From the human T2T-CHM13v2.0 reference genome, Homo sapiens: DNA of 64,000 nt. Below are positions 44,232-56,810 of the stretch, in pieces. The notes under the pieces are model-generated. The model saw only the letters and a list, made by a program, of their open reading frames with translations. It searched no databases and had not been told where the DNA came from. Where the stretch lies: the NCBI RefSeq assembly GCF_009914755.1, contig NC_060926.1; one strand, given 5' to 3'. The stretch's first letter is position 1; each line of letters starts with the position of its first letter. The translations under genes were made by a program, and so were the position numbers.

Positions 44232-46254
44232 GTGGGGGCTGCTGTGATGGGGCCAGGCTGGGTCACCCACCGGTGGAGGAGCAGTGCTGTCCCACAAAAA
44301 GGGGCCCCAAGGCACAGCTGGGCCCGGGGCAGTGCTGCACTTACACACAAAGCATGGGGGCTGGGCCCAGGGTGTGGAGCTGGGGCCACACTTTGGGGAC
44401 CCAGGATGGGAAGTGGGAGCAGCGCCTGTTTTGGGGACCTGGCCAGCAGTGCAGCCACTGTGCCAACTCCAAGAGCACAGGATTCCTTTGCTTAGGAAGG
44501 AGGCTCTGCTCCAGGCCATCCTGCATTGGGGTGACCTCTGAGCCTGACTCTCCCAACAGGGGGAGCTCGTGGAGATGTAGCCCCTGTCCCAGACGTGAGC
44601 CCAGGCCCAGTAAGGAGCTAGAGCCCCAACCCCAGGCTCCAAGGGGGAGTGTCTCTGGCTGCATGCTCCACTGAGCCAGCAGAAGCTGGGAGTAGGCAGC
44701 AGCTCCACCCTCCCGGGCTGTGCAGCTGCAGCTGCAGCTACCCATGTTGGGGCTATGGACCCAGGTCTCCATGTGCTTTTGGGGACTGGGAGCAGGCAGG
44801 GTCCCCACCCACCTTGGGCTCAGCTGCACGTATTCAAGTTGGGGCTCTGGACTCGGGCATCTCTGTGCTCTTGGGGGCCCAGGAAGCACCCTTCACTGCC
44901 CTTGCAGGCTTGGAAGTGCATGCTTCCACCTCCAGCTTCTCTTTGCTGTCAGCACCCACTGCGATCTCAGAGCAACCTGGGGCCAAGCCTGGGTGCTCTC
45001 ACAGCCCAGTCAGGGGTGCACACGCTCAAGGCAGTGCTGACAATGCCAGCCCCCTGCTGCCTCAGCTCCCCCTGGACTTTGGGTGCCCACAAGTGTGGGG
45101 GCTGGAGGAGGCTGAGGGGGTTCAACGGCAGCTCAGCACTGGCCTACAGGTGCCCCTTGATGTAAGCAGCCTGGTTGCCATGGACTGCAGGCAGAAAGCA
45201 GACAGGCTCCTGAGTGGAAGGGATAGGTCCCTGGTGAGGTCCCACCTTTAGGTCAGGGAGGGCCTGAAGTCTGGAGATCGGGCTGCCAGTCCCTCAGACT
45301 AGAGTGGGAACTTGCAGTGCCTTTTCCAGGCCTGTTCACGGCCTACTGACATGCACTTCCTCCCTTTTGAGACCGTAAAAGCCTTGTGCTCAGCTAAAGC
45401 TGAACAGACATCAGGATGACCAGCTGCAGAGGGGAGCTACCCAATCGAGGGCCTCCTCTCTGCTGACAGCTGCAGAGACAGTGGGATGACCTGCCTGCAG
45501 AGAGAAGCCTCCCACTCCAGGGTCTCCTCTTTTCTAGGAGCTGAACACTTGTTTGGACACCCTGGCTGCAGAAAGGAGCTACACACTGAGGGTTTCCTCT
45601 GAGTTATTCTATTGCTCAATAAAGCTCTTCTTCATTTTGCTCATCCTCCACTTGTCTGCATATCTTATTCTTCCTGATCACAGGACAAGAACTCAGGATT
45701 CATCAAATGGCAGGGCTAAAAATGCTGTAACACAAACAGTGCTGAAATATGCCCCTTGCTTACCACGTTGTGGGCAAAGAGAAGAGAAGAGCTGTGGCCC
45801 TTTGGGGAGCCCAGAGCTGGGAGCTCCCTGAGGTAGGGCTATGACTCCCTCTTTGTGGCCCTGTGGTTCCTGGCATCTCCAAACTTCCAGGTGCTTCCGG
45901 GTTCCCAAGTGCCAGCTGTGGAAGTGGCTTGCAGTGCTCCTGATCCAGCCATAGCTTTGTACAGACCTGGCTCCCATGCTGGTATCTGGAGCTGTCCACG
46001 CCACTGCAACAGCCAGCCAGTGTGTCTGACTGTACAGTAGCCAGACCCCACATTTGCTCACATACCCCTCACTGCTCCATACCTTACTCGCCCTTGGCAG
46101 GCATGGGATCCAGGTCAGTAGTGTGAGCCAAGTGCAGTATGCCAGGCTGAGTGGGCAGAACAAGCACAGCGGGTCCGAGCAAAACTGGAGCAAATGTGCC
46201 ACCAGGTACAGACATTTCAGGCCAGAAAAGTGACACCCCACTGATCCCATAACA
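44232..46254 (+). mobile_element. MER52-family (ERV1) long GC-rich solo LTR
   Basis: About 2 kb GC-rich block with MER52-type internal repeats (cctgcagagagaag), poly(A) signal ctcAATAAAgctc near 45617 and terminus gatcccataaCA. Confidence 0.85.
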
Positions 46255-46277
46255 GTATTATAAGAACGAAAAAACAT

Positions 46278-46610
<333 letters not shown>

Positions 46611-47439
46611 TCATAAGACAATGTGGTAGATGCTAAGATGGAAGTCAGTAGAGTATAGAGAGAGCTGTGAAACCACTGAAAATGTGACTTACTTCTACAT
46701 GGAGGTGAGATTGGGCTGTCTCAGATTCCTTAATTAAACTAGCTGTCGAATAGTGAATTGAAATTAATGAATCAGGAACAAGAATATTCTAAGCTAAGAG
46801 ATATTTCATGGAGGGGAAAGCTGAGAAAGAATAATATGTGTGGTTCAGCACAAGTAGTTTCACAGCATGCACATGCAGTGCTCAATTGCAGAAGCTGCTT
46901 GGGGTGAGGAGGAACATAAATGATGAGGAGGCCTGTATGCTATGGGGAATGCATTGTCTTTCAAACGGAATCCCAATAAATTAAAATTCATTGATATTCT
47001 TTTTGACAGCAACAATGATGCAGTTTTGCAACAGGCTCAATTGCATTCACTTTTTATTTTAACTCAGAATACAATCGTCAAATATGTAAAGTTAAAAACT
47101 ATTTTATTTTTAAATAATTTAAAACATTACATATTTGACAATTGTATTCTGAGTAGAAAATTATATATCCCCACATTTAAACTCGGTTTTGACTTTTGTA
47201 CGCAATATAAAAGTCATAAAAACACATCTGTAAAATCCCAAGATCTCTTAACTATAAAAAGCCACAACATAGATAGATGATAATCCTAATAGGGCTGCAA
47301 ACTGATACAGAAGTATATCATGATGGCCATTTTCCACTATATCATTTGCATCTTATTAGCATTTTATGTCAAGTCTAGTTTATTTACTACCATATGGATT
47401 CGGTAGTGACACTTTCATGATAGTCATAAATAAACTTCA

Positions 47440-47853
<414 letters not shown>

Positions 47854-48479
47854 CTAATAATAATTTGCATTTTTCAGATTATTGGGGAATTATTTCTTCA
47901 TATTTTCCAAGCACTTTGGAAGATATTTTCAGCCTTCATCTTTATAATTACTAAGCTAAGCTAGTATACGATCTAAATGATCAAGTTGATGAAATAATGT
48001 ACTTGAAAAAGTGTTAGATTGTTTTAAATATATTTCAGTTGAGATTACTAACTTGGTAATTTTCTATGCTTTTATTACTTTGAGCCTTTCAGAATGAAAT
48101 AAAAATGAAACAAGATTCTCTTTGAGAATCAGGTAAATATTAAGAGTAAGATTAAAAAGTGTCATAAATAAGGTGCCTCTTAGTTAATTTGAGGATATAC
48201 TGGACACAACTAACTTTAACAGATTTATCAATAAATTTAATAGATGGTTCTTTGTATGAAATTAGGGGTTCTAAAAACCAGAACTAATTATTTTATCCAT
48301 AGAACATTTGCTGAGGCTGTATAAAATTGTGAACTAAAATTCAGTAAATTATGATATAGGCAGTTGTATTTAAAGGAAAAGCATTGTATTCAAAACTTTG
48401 CTAAGGACAGTCCTCACTTCAATACAGAGTAATTATGAATATCTTAGGAGTAAGACAGGTGATAGCAAAGAAGAAATAT

Positions 48480-49000
48480 CAGTCCACTTCATGAACCTGG
48501 CAATACATACCAAACAGCAGAAGCTTTTAAAAATTAATTTAAAAACTAAACTCTACTTCTAAAAGAATTTAGATTGTAGTAAAAGAATTCAGAATGTAGT
48601 ATTTTCACTGTTGTGCAAAATGGCAATCCTTATTCATCAAGAGAAATGAAAAGACAAGTTCCAAACTGAGGAAAGCCATTCATAATATACACCAGAAAAA
48701 AATCAAGAATGTATAAATGGCCCATGCATGCCAATAAAAAAGTATAAATAACACAAGAAAAAAAAATGAGTAAAATGCATAGACAGGAATTACACAGAGG
48801 AGGAAATACATAAAGCAAAAATCATTGGAAGATATATTTAACATCACTAGTGATCACACAAAATAATGAAGACTACAAAATATATTATTTTATCTCTAAT
48901 TATTTGACTCAAGTTAAAGTCTGACAATAACTTTGTATTCAAGAAGAGTACAAAATAATTAACCAAACTGATACTCACATAACTTATTGTCATTATCAAA
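48480..49000 (+). mobile_element. Very old L1ME ORF2 C-terminal fragment
   Basis: aaatgaaaagacaagttccaaactg; atagacaggaattacacagaggagga. Confidence 0.55.
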
Positions 49001-49489
49001 ATAGTTACTATCAGAAGAAGATAAAAGTTGTAAATAACTTTGCTGTTTGTTCCTGAGACTCTCTCTGCCAAACAACAAACGAAACAAAAATCAAAACAAC
49101 AAAACAAACATTTACATATATATTAAACTATTCAACTCTTCTATAAATAGCATGAAATTGCAGTTTACATCCCAACAGTTTTCACTGCTTTCCTCAATAT
49201 CTTCACTCTGCTGTGTTCATTGTTTTTCGCAGACAATCCTATTTTATGCTTACAATAAAAGACCTATCTTAAACTTTATTGAATACTTCATAAATATCTC
49301 AACTTTGCACTCCCATTCTAAATTGCAACTTAGACTTCATCAAGGTAGTGCTCTATCTTACTATGGTAAACTCATCTTAATCTTATCAGAAGTTATTATA
49401 TGAGATATTTTCACGGATCAGGCTTTTACACAAAGGATGTATATTAGCAATTTACATTGCTTCTAGAGGTATAAACTGATGCAATACAA

Positions 49490-52479
49490 TTTACATCTGA
49501 CTTCTTAGAAGAGGCAATAGAGGCCAAAAGGCAGTGGAGTGCTCAAAGAAAAAAAAACTGTCAACCACAAATACAATATCCAACAAAGCTGTATTTTGAA
49601 AATGAAGGAGAAATAAATGAATTCCTAGTTAAGAAAAAACTAAAACAATTTGTTGCTAACAGACACATCTTACAAAAAATCATAAAGGGAAGTCTTCAAG
49701 AAACTAAGTAACCTCAGATGGCAATTCAAATCTGCAAACAAAAATAAAAAGCACTATGCAACTGTAAATGACAGTATAAATGAATATTTTCTCTTAACAA
49801 ACTTAAGAAACAATTGTATAAAATAACATGTACATAATATATTGTTGGACATACAATCTATAGATGTGTAACATAAGGGAGGTGGTGGTAGCAAAGATGT
49901 ATTGGGCAAAAGAAATGATTCTCAATGATAACACAAAAGCACAGGAACAAATGAAGGGAACCTGAATGGATAAGTAAGAAAGTTAATATTACAAAAGCTA
50001 TAAATACATACTTATTTAAATTTTTTAAAAAATGTCAGCTTCTTTAAAAGACAAACTTCTATGAAGTAATTGTTATAATAATACGTTTTTGGCTTAATAA
50101 CATTTAAAGATGTAATGTGTATAAAAATAATGGAACAAATGGAAGGATAGTAAAATATAACTTTATATGAATAATATATCTATATCAGACAAGAATTAAG
50201 TTAGATGAGTATGAGTCTAGGACTTCTATGGTAAGCTCTATAACAACCAGAAAAGAAGTCATAAGAAATATACCTTTAAACACATTAAAGGAATTAAAAC
50301 GCCACATTAAAATATATTCTCCTAGTGCAAATGAAAGCAGTAAAGTAGAAATAGAAGAACAAAAAATATAACATATGAGACATAAAAATTTAAAAGTAAA
50401 GTCCAAGACATAAATCTAACTCCCAAAATAAGAAAATTAAAAGTGAATAGATTAAATAATCCAATCAGAAAAGCAGAGATTGCAAGTTTTGATTTAAAAA
50501 TATGATTCAACTGTATTATGCTATGTAAGACTTTAACTTAAATAAGTTCATTATGTTAATAATAGAAAAATATGTATTATGCAAATAGCTACCCCAAGAA
50601 AGCTGGAGGAGCTATGCTAACAAGCAGACAAAGTGGACTTTAAAACAAAAAATGTTACTAGAGATAAGAAGAGACATTGTATAAAAATTATAGGATTCAT
50701 ACAAAAGGGGAATATAAAAATTATAGGTATGTATGTGCCTAATAACAAAGCACTAAAATACATAAAGTAAAAACTGACAGAAATGAAGAGAGAAATAGAA
50801 AACAACGATAGCTGAAGCAACATTCTACTTTCAATGATGGATAGACCAGGCAAAATATCAATAAGAACATAGAAATGAACAACAACACATATATCAATTA
50901 TATATAACTGATATTTATAGAATGTTCCACACTGAAAAGTGCAGAAAGTATATTATTCTCAAGTACACATGGGATATTTTCTGGTATAGGTCATACACTA
51001 CCTCCAGAAATAAGCCTCAATACATTTAAGATAACAGAAATATTACCTAGTGTGTTCTCTAACAATTGAACTGAATGTGAAATCAATAACAGAAAGAAAT
51101 TTGGAACGCTTACAATATTTGGAAATAAAATAATGCAACTATTTTATTTATAAAATAAAATAACTAAAGAAGAAGAAATAAAAAGGAACATTAGAGAATA
51201 CTTTGAGATAAATAAAAATGAGGATGCAGCATACTTTAATTATATAGAGTGAAGCAAAAGCAGTCTCAGAATGAAAATTATAGCTGTTAAATGCTTATAT
51301 TAAGAAAGATGAAAGATCTAAAATTGGTAAACAAACCATCCAGCTTAAGGAACTGGAAAAAGAAGATCAAACCAAACCCAAAGCTAGCAAAAATAAGGAA
51401 ATAATAATGATTACGGCAGAAAATAATAAAATAGAAAATAGAAACACAATAAAGAAAATCACGGCTGAGCGCATGTCTCACGCATGCCATCCCAGCACTT
51501 TGGGAGGTCGAGGTGGGCAGATCACAAGGCCAGGAGATCGAGACCATCCTGACCAACATGCTGAAGCCCCCTCTCTATTAAAAATACAAAAATTAGCTGG
51601 GTGTGGTGGCAGGTGCTTGCAATCTCAGCTACTTGGGAGACTGAGGCAGGAGAATTGTTTAAACCCAGAAAGCGGAGGTTGCTGTGAGCTGAGATCACGC
51701 TACTGCACTCCAGCCTGGCGACAGAGCCAGACCCCGTCTCAAAAAAAAAAAAAAAAAGAAAAAGAAAAAAGAAAAGAAAATCAATGAAATCATAAACTGG
51801 CTATTTGAAAAGATAAATTGTTTAGACAAACCCTTACCATCTGACTGGAAAAAAATTGAAGAGAAAAATTACTACAGTCAGAAATGAAAGAATATTCTTT
51901 ACTATGGATCTTGTAGAAATAAAAAAATAGTAAGGAAAAGCATGAACAGGACATCCAAATGGGTGATTAAAATGTGAAAGATTCTCATGCTCCTTATTAA
52001 TCAGGGAAATACAATTTAAAACCACAGTAATTTATAACCATATAGTTGCCAGAATGGAAGATAAAACAAAACAAACATCAGCAAAAACTGACAAGACCAA
52101 ATGATAGTAATATGGCAGGACAATCATTATTCTAGATAGCAGTGCAAAGCAGAACAACTAATTAAGAAGGCTTATTCACATTATCTACTGACATTAAAAA
52201 TATGCGCATGCTATGACAGAGCAATTTCACTCCTAGATATATATCAAAGACGATAATATGTGCATGCATTTCAAAGACTTGTTCTGGCACACACAGTTTT
52301 GCATTTTAACAAAAAAAAGAGCAATACAAAAGTTCAGAGTATAGATAGTTAGTGGTATATTGATATAATGAACTAGTATACAGCCATTAATGTGAACACA
52401 TTACAGTTGTACGTAGTAACATGGATGGATTTCAAAAACATCATGCAGCGTAAAAGGAGCCAGGCACAAACAAATACAC
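49490..52479 (+). mobile_element. Old L1M: ORF1 C-terminus, inter-ORF and ORF2 endonuclease region, then a jump to 3'-end sequence
   Basis: tctgacttctt...aactgtcaaccac...aaaatgaaggagaaataaa (ORF1); gtatgtgcctaataac (EN); 3'-end sequence after about 51950. Confidence 0.8.
51463..51772 (+). mobile_element. AluSc-like with TSD
   Basis: Dimeric Alu; TSD AAAGAAAATCA at 51451-51461 and 51773-51783. Confidence 0.95.
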
Positions 52480-52490
52480 ATTGTGTCTTT

Positions 52491-52852
52491 TTTATTTTAT
52501 TTGATATTTATTTATTTATTTATTATTATACTTTAAGTTCTAGAGTACATGTGCACAACATGCAGGTTTGTTACATATGTATACATGCACCATGTTGGTG
52601 TGCTGCACCCATTAACTTGTCATTTACACTAGGTGTATCTCCTAATGCTATCACTCCTCCCTTCCCCCACCGCATGACAGGCCCTGGTGTGTGATGATCC
52701 CCACCCTGTGTCCAAGTGTTTTCATTGTTCTATTCCCACCTATGAGTGAGAACATGCGGTGTTTGATTTTCTGTCCTTGCAATAGTTTGCTGAGAATGAT
52801 GGTTTCCAGCTTCATCCATGTCCCTACAAAGGACATGAACTCATCCTTTTTT
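52491..52852 (-). mobile_element. Short L1PA (PA5-7-like) 3' end with 11-bp TSD
   Basis: ORF 52651..52836 gives [18 protein letters not shown]; TSD ATTGTGTCTTT at 52480-52490 and 52853-52863. Confidence 0.95.
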
Positions 52853-53224
52853 ATTGTGTCTTTATTTAATGCTGTAATAAATAGTTACAATGACAGGGAG
52901 CACAAAAATTTAGGCTTATGGATGCATGTTTAATTAGAAAAATTATGAATAAAAATTAGAAATAATTACATGGGTGTAATCAACTGCTCCCTTCATTCAA
53001 TTTAACTAACTTGTTTGGCCCAATTACTAAAAATACCTTGGATGATTGAAAACCTCTCTAAACTTCTTTTGCAAATAGTTGTACCACATCTATGTGACTT
53101 TACTTTGTGAATTAACTGCAAAAAATGATGATTTCAACAAAAATAAATAGTTGCTATCTGACTTATTGTTTGGAGTTTTTAATTTTTAATTTTACCTTAA
53201 TTTATTAAAGTAATATAAATTTAA

Positions 53225-53610
53225 CATTGCATGTTCTCACTTATATGTGGAAGCTAAACAAATTTGATCTCATAGAAGTACAAAGTAGAACAGTGGATAC
53301 TGGAGGCTGGGAAAGGTGAGAGAAAGTGAGGGACAGGGAGAGATTTGTTAAAGGATTCAAAATTACAGCTAGATCCAGGAATGAGTTCTAGTTCTAGTCA
53401 TCTGTACCATGATGACTACAGTTAACAATCATATATCATATAGTTTCAAATAGCTGAAGGAAGGATATTGAAAGTTTGTGATACAAAGACATGATAAATG
53501 TGTGAGATGATATTCTAATTACCCTGATCCAATCACTATGTGTTATATGCATTGAAGCATTGCTATGTACCCCATAATGTGTATAATTATTATGAGCCAA
53601 TGAAAAAAAG
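53225..53610 (+). mobile_element. L1MA-type 3'UTR
   Basis: gcatgttctcacttatatgtggaagctaa...ctaattaccctgatc. Confidence 0.85.
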
Positions 53611-53779
53611 TGACTGCATGTATAATATTGTAATACTTTAAGATATAAACAAATTTGGCAAAAAATAAATTTAAATGCACAAACATAAACCTATATCCAT
53701 ATCTACACATGGGCTTGCAAATATTTTTTAATGTATTTGAGATCATTCTGTAGGTATAATTTTGTAATACTTTTTATTT

Positions 53780-54500
53780 TTAAAATAAAAATTTTGCATA
53801 ATACTGCTATGAATAATGTTCAAATATCATTATCAAAGTTTGTATAATAGTTTAGGACTGCCTCTAAGTCTCCTAACCTTTCCAATATAATTTTTTTCTA
53901 TATTTTCCTTCTATATTTAACACTAGAATGAGTATCACTTCAAATTACAACATTCTCTGTATTCATGATTATTTATTTAATTTCCAGGGCAGAACCACTG
54001 TGTCATTTCAGCTTCATGTGAACTCTTTTTTAAGACTTTTGACATTTATTGCTAACATGCTTTCTCAACAGTTTTAACATGCTCACCAATAGTGTATCCA
54101 AGGGTGCGTTATTTCCTATCTCTTTGTCAGCATAGATGTTTCACAAGTTTAAATTATTTGAAAGATAGGAAAAGGCATCTCATGGTTGTTTTAATTTTCA
54201 CTTATTTGAATTACTGGAGAGGTTAAATACTATACCATATGTTGCAAATTTATATTTCCTCGTTTAAAATTGACCCTTTATAACCTTTGTCCATTTATCT
54301 AATTTGACTCAACTGTTTTTTTCTATGGTTTCATACAACTTTTTATATAGTAAATGTTTTTATTTACAATAAAATATTTATTGTGTCTATTTTTGTATAG
54401 GCTTTATTTTTCCCCTGCTGTATTTATCTGATAATTTATCATCCAAAGAAATTTGAAATCATTCTTTTCCTTGTTGAGTAACCATTTTCTTTTTTCTGAG
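53780..54500 (-). mobile_element. Very old L1ME remnant
   Basis: ggcatctcatggttgttttaattttcactt...cctttgtccattt. Confidence 0.5.
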
Positions 54501-54767
54501 ATCTTATTTATTCAAAGATTTGATGTCTGTCTATATTTCAATTTATGTTTTGCTCCTTAAGGGCTTAGTATGATGCCACTAGACAATTTATTCTTTAATT
54601 TATTATGAATCTTTGTGGTTTAACTGCTTCTCTTTTGTCCCCTATAGAAGCCTTAGAAAAATCAACTATGATATATTATAATTAGACTATCTCTCCATAT
54701 TTTTAAGCCAAAAGAGATCTCTATAAAGAATATTGGGTAAAATTTGTCATTTCACTCCATAATAAAT

Positions 54768-55200
54768 TCATTGACTCATTCATCAAAGTTCATCAACATT
54801 TACCAAATGCTGGGAATTTTTCTACGCAATAAAAAATAGATGAAAAACAGACAGAAGACTTTGACTTCATGGAGAGTCCGTTTTTAGTGAGAATGGACAA
54901 TATAAATAAATGAATAACATATATAGCATCCCTGGTGGTCATAAATACTATGGTGCAAAGTAGAGAATGACAACATGGCATTAGAGAGGGTGTGGGTGTT
55001 ACTGCTGTTTTCAGGTAAAGGAAAGTCTCCCTGAGGGACATTTGATTAGGTACATGGTGCATGTAAGGAGTCATGGCACAAGAGCACTTGACGAAGAGGG
55101 AGCTGTAAGTGCACAACCCGACAACAGGAACAAGTTTCTCATATGAGGAGTAGGGCAAGAATGCCACTGTGGCTGTGCAGGTGAGTGAGAGTGAGAATAC
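54768..55200 (-). mobile_element. L2 3' end
   Basis: cattgactcattcatcaa tail; ggaaagtctccctgagggacatttga. Confidence 0.65.
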
Positions 55201-55208
55201 AATAAGAC

Positions 55209-55888
55209 TGAAACTGCCTTTGTAAAATTATGACTGAGACAGTGAAAGAGATGTAACTTAACCGACTCCATCTTACTTCTAACCTCCGAGTTGTCCTTGT
55301 TCATTCTCAGAAGTAAGTGAATCTAACTTTGGGAAGAACTTAGTTTATAGTTAAAAACAAAGATGATAACAGCCCTTTCCCAAAACAAACTTCCTTCTTG
55401 CCCAGGAACTAGACTACTAACATTAGCCACAAGATTAGAAATTATGGTTTAGGAGCCATGCAGCTGGAGGCTACAAGATTCAGACCCTCCGTAAACAGCT
55501 CCTAAAATCAGTGCTTGAGATGTTTTGCAGACCTTGAACTTGGTGGATCAGCTGGCTCCACCCAGATCTATAAACTGGCTCTTCTGATCTCAGGAGTCAG
55601 TTCCAGGCTGGAACTGACTCAGAGCAAGAAGACAGTGACGCCCTATGATTTCATCTCCAACCCAACCAATCAGCACTCCTCAACTCACTGCTCCTCCCCA
55701 CCCACCAAACTGTCTTTAAAAACTCGATCCCCAAATGCTTGGGAAGACTGATTTGAGTAATAATGATACTTCGGTCTCCTGTAGAGCCAGCTCCGCGTGA
55801 ATGACTCTTTCTCTATTGCAATTCTTTTGTCTTGATAAATCGGCTCTCGTCTAGGAAGCAAGCAAAGTGAGTCCATTCAGCGGTTACA
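55209..55888 (+). mobile_element. LTR8 (ERV1) solo LTR
   Basis: TGaaactgcctttgtaaaattatgactgagacagtgaaagag...gcggttaCA matches the recalled LTR8 consensus ends. Confidence 0.9.
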
Positions 55889-56141
55889 TTGCGGTTGCTG
55901 ATGCTCTGTTTCATTAAGGCAATAAAATTGGGCAATTTCCAGGGATCTTTCTGAAGAATCCCCCCACACAGGTGAAGTCTCCAGGCCACCCTGGCCTTGA
56001 AAACAAACATCTGTTTCTGAAGAGCCCATGCCCTTTTCATTCAGTGAGATCTGTTTCTTGTATTGCATTAATCATTTTTAGACCTTTTTCTGAAGTTACA
56101 CAACTGAGTCATGAGAGGGGCACACAAAGTTGCAAAGCAGG

Positions 56142-56183
56142 TGTGCATGCACGTGCACACACACACACACACATACACACACA
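56142..56183. repeat. (CA)n with alternating purine-pyrimidine flank
   Basis: Directly visible. Confidence 0.85.
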
Positions 56184-56654
56184 TTTTGAAAACATATGAT
56201 GCCTAGCTACTTGGCTTATATTTTTATGCACTGAAGTAGTCATCATGAGAAAAAAATAAAATTTCTTGTGCTTTCTTAACACTTTTTTTCTTTACCATTT
56301 CCCATTGCCTGTATTTTGAATACATATAAAGAGTATTTCAAACTTTTCAGTTCTTTGATCCTCTAAAAACCTTAATTAAAATTTGTTCCAATGTGATTAG
56401 AATATGTTTGTTTTCCCCATTCTCCTCCTTTCAGGTACAAAGGTATTATAATCTTCTTAACAATCACAGCCACTCCTCCTTATCTCCTAAGAAAAGGAGA
56501 ATTCCACTGATTAGTTCTGCTTGACCTTTATTCCCAAGGCCTCAGATGCATAAAATGTTACACTGTCTTCTGAGGAAGGGTCTTCTCCCTGCAAATTAAT
56601 GGGAAATTCTGTCTTGTTAACTATTAAGCTAAAGGGTTATTTAAACACCCTTTA

Positions 56655-56810
56655 TCCAACTACCTGTCAGGTACTGTTTTATACATAATATGCCATTAAT
56701 CCTCACCAGCTCTCTGATGTCAGTATTTTTCTCTCCAGTTTACATGTGAGAAACGTATGGCTCATAGAAACTAAATAGCCCAAATTAATAGGTGGAAATA
56801 TGAGGACTTA
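56655..56810 (-). mobile_element. MIR
   Basis: ttaatcctcacc...ccagtttacatgtgagaaacgtatggctcatagaa. Confidence 0.6.

Noticed and set aside
45410-45600. Recurring ctgcagagag motifs suggesting a repeat-spacer array
   Set aside because: Irregular internal repeats of the MER52 LTR; no constant repeat/spacer period, and the context is eukaryotic
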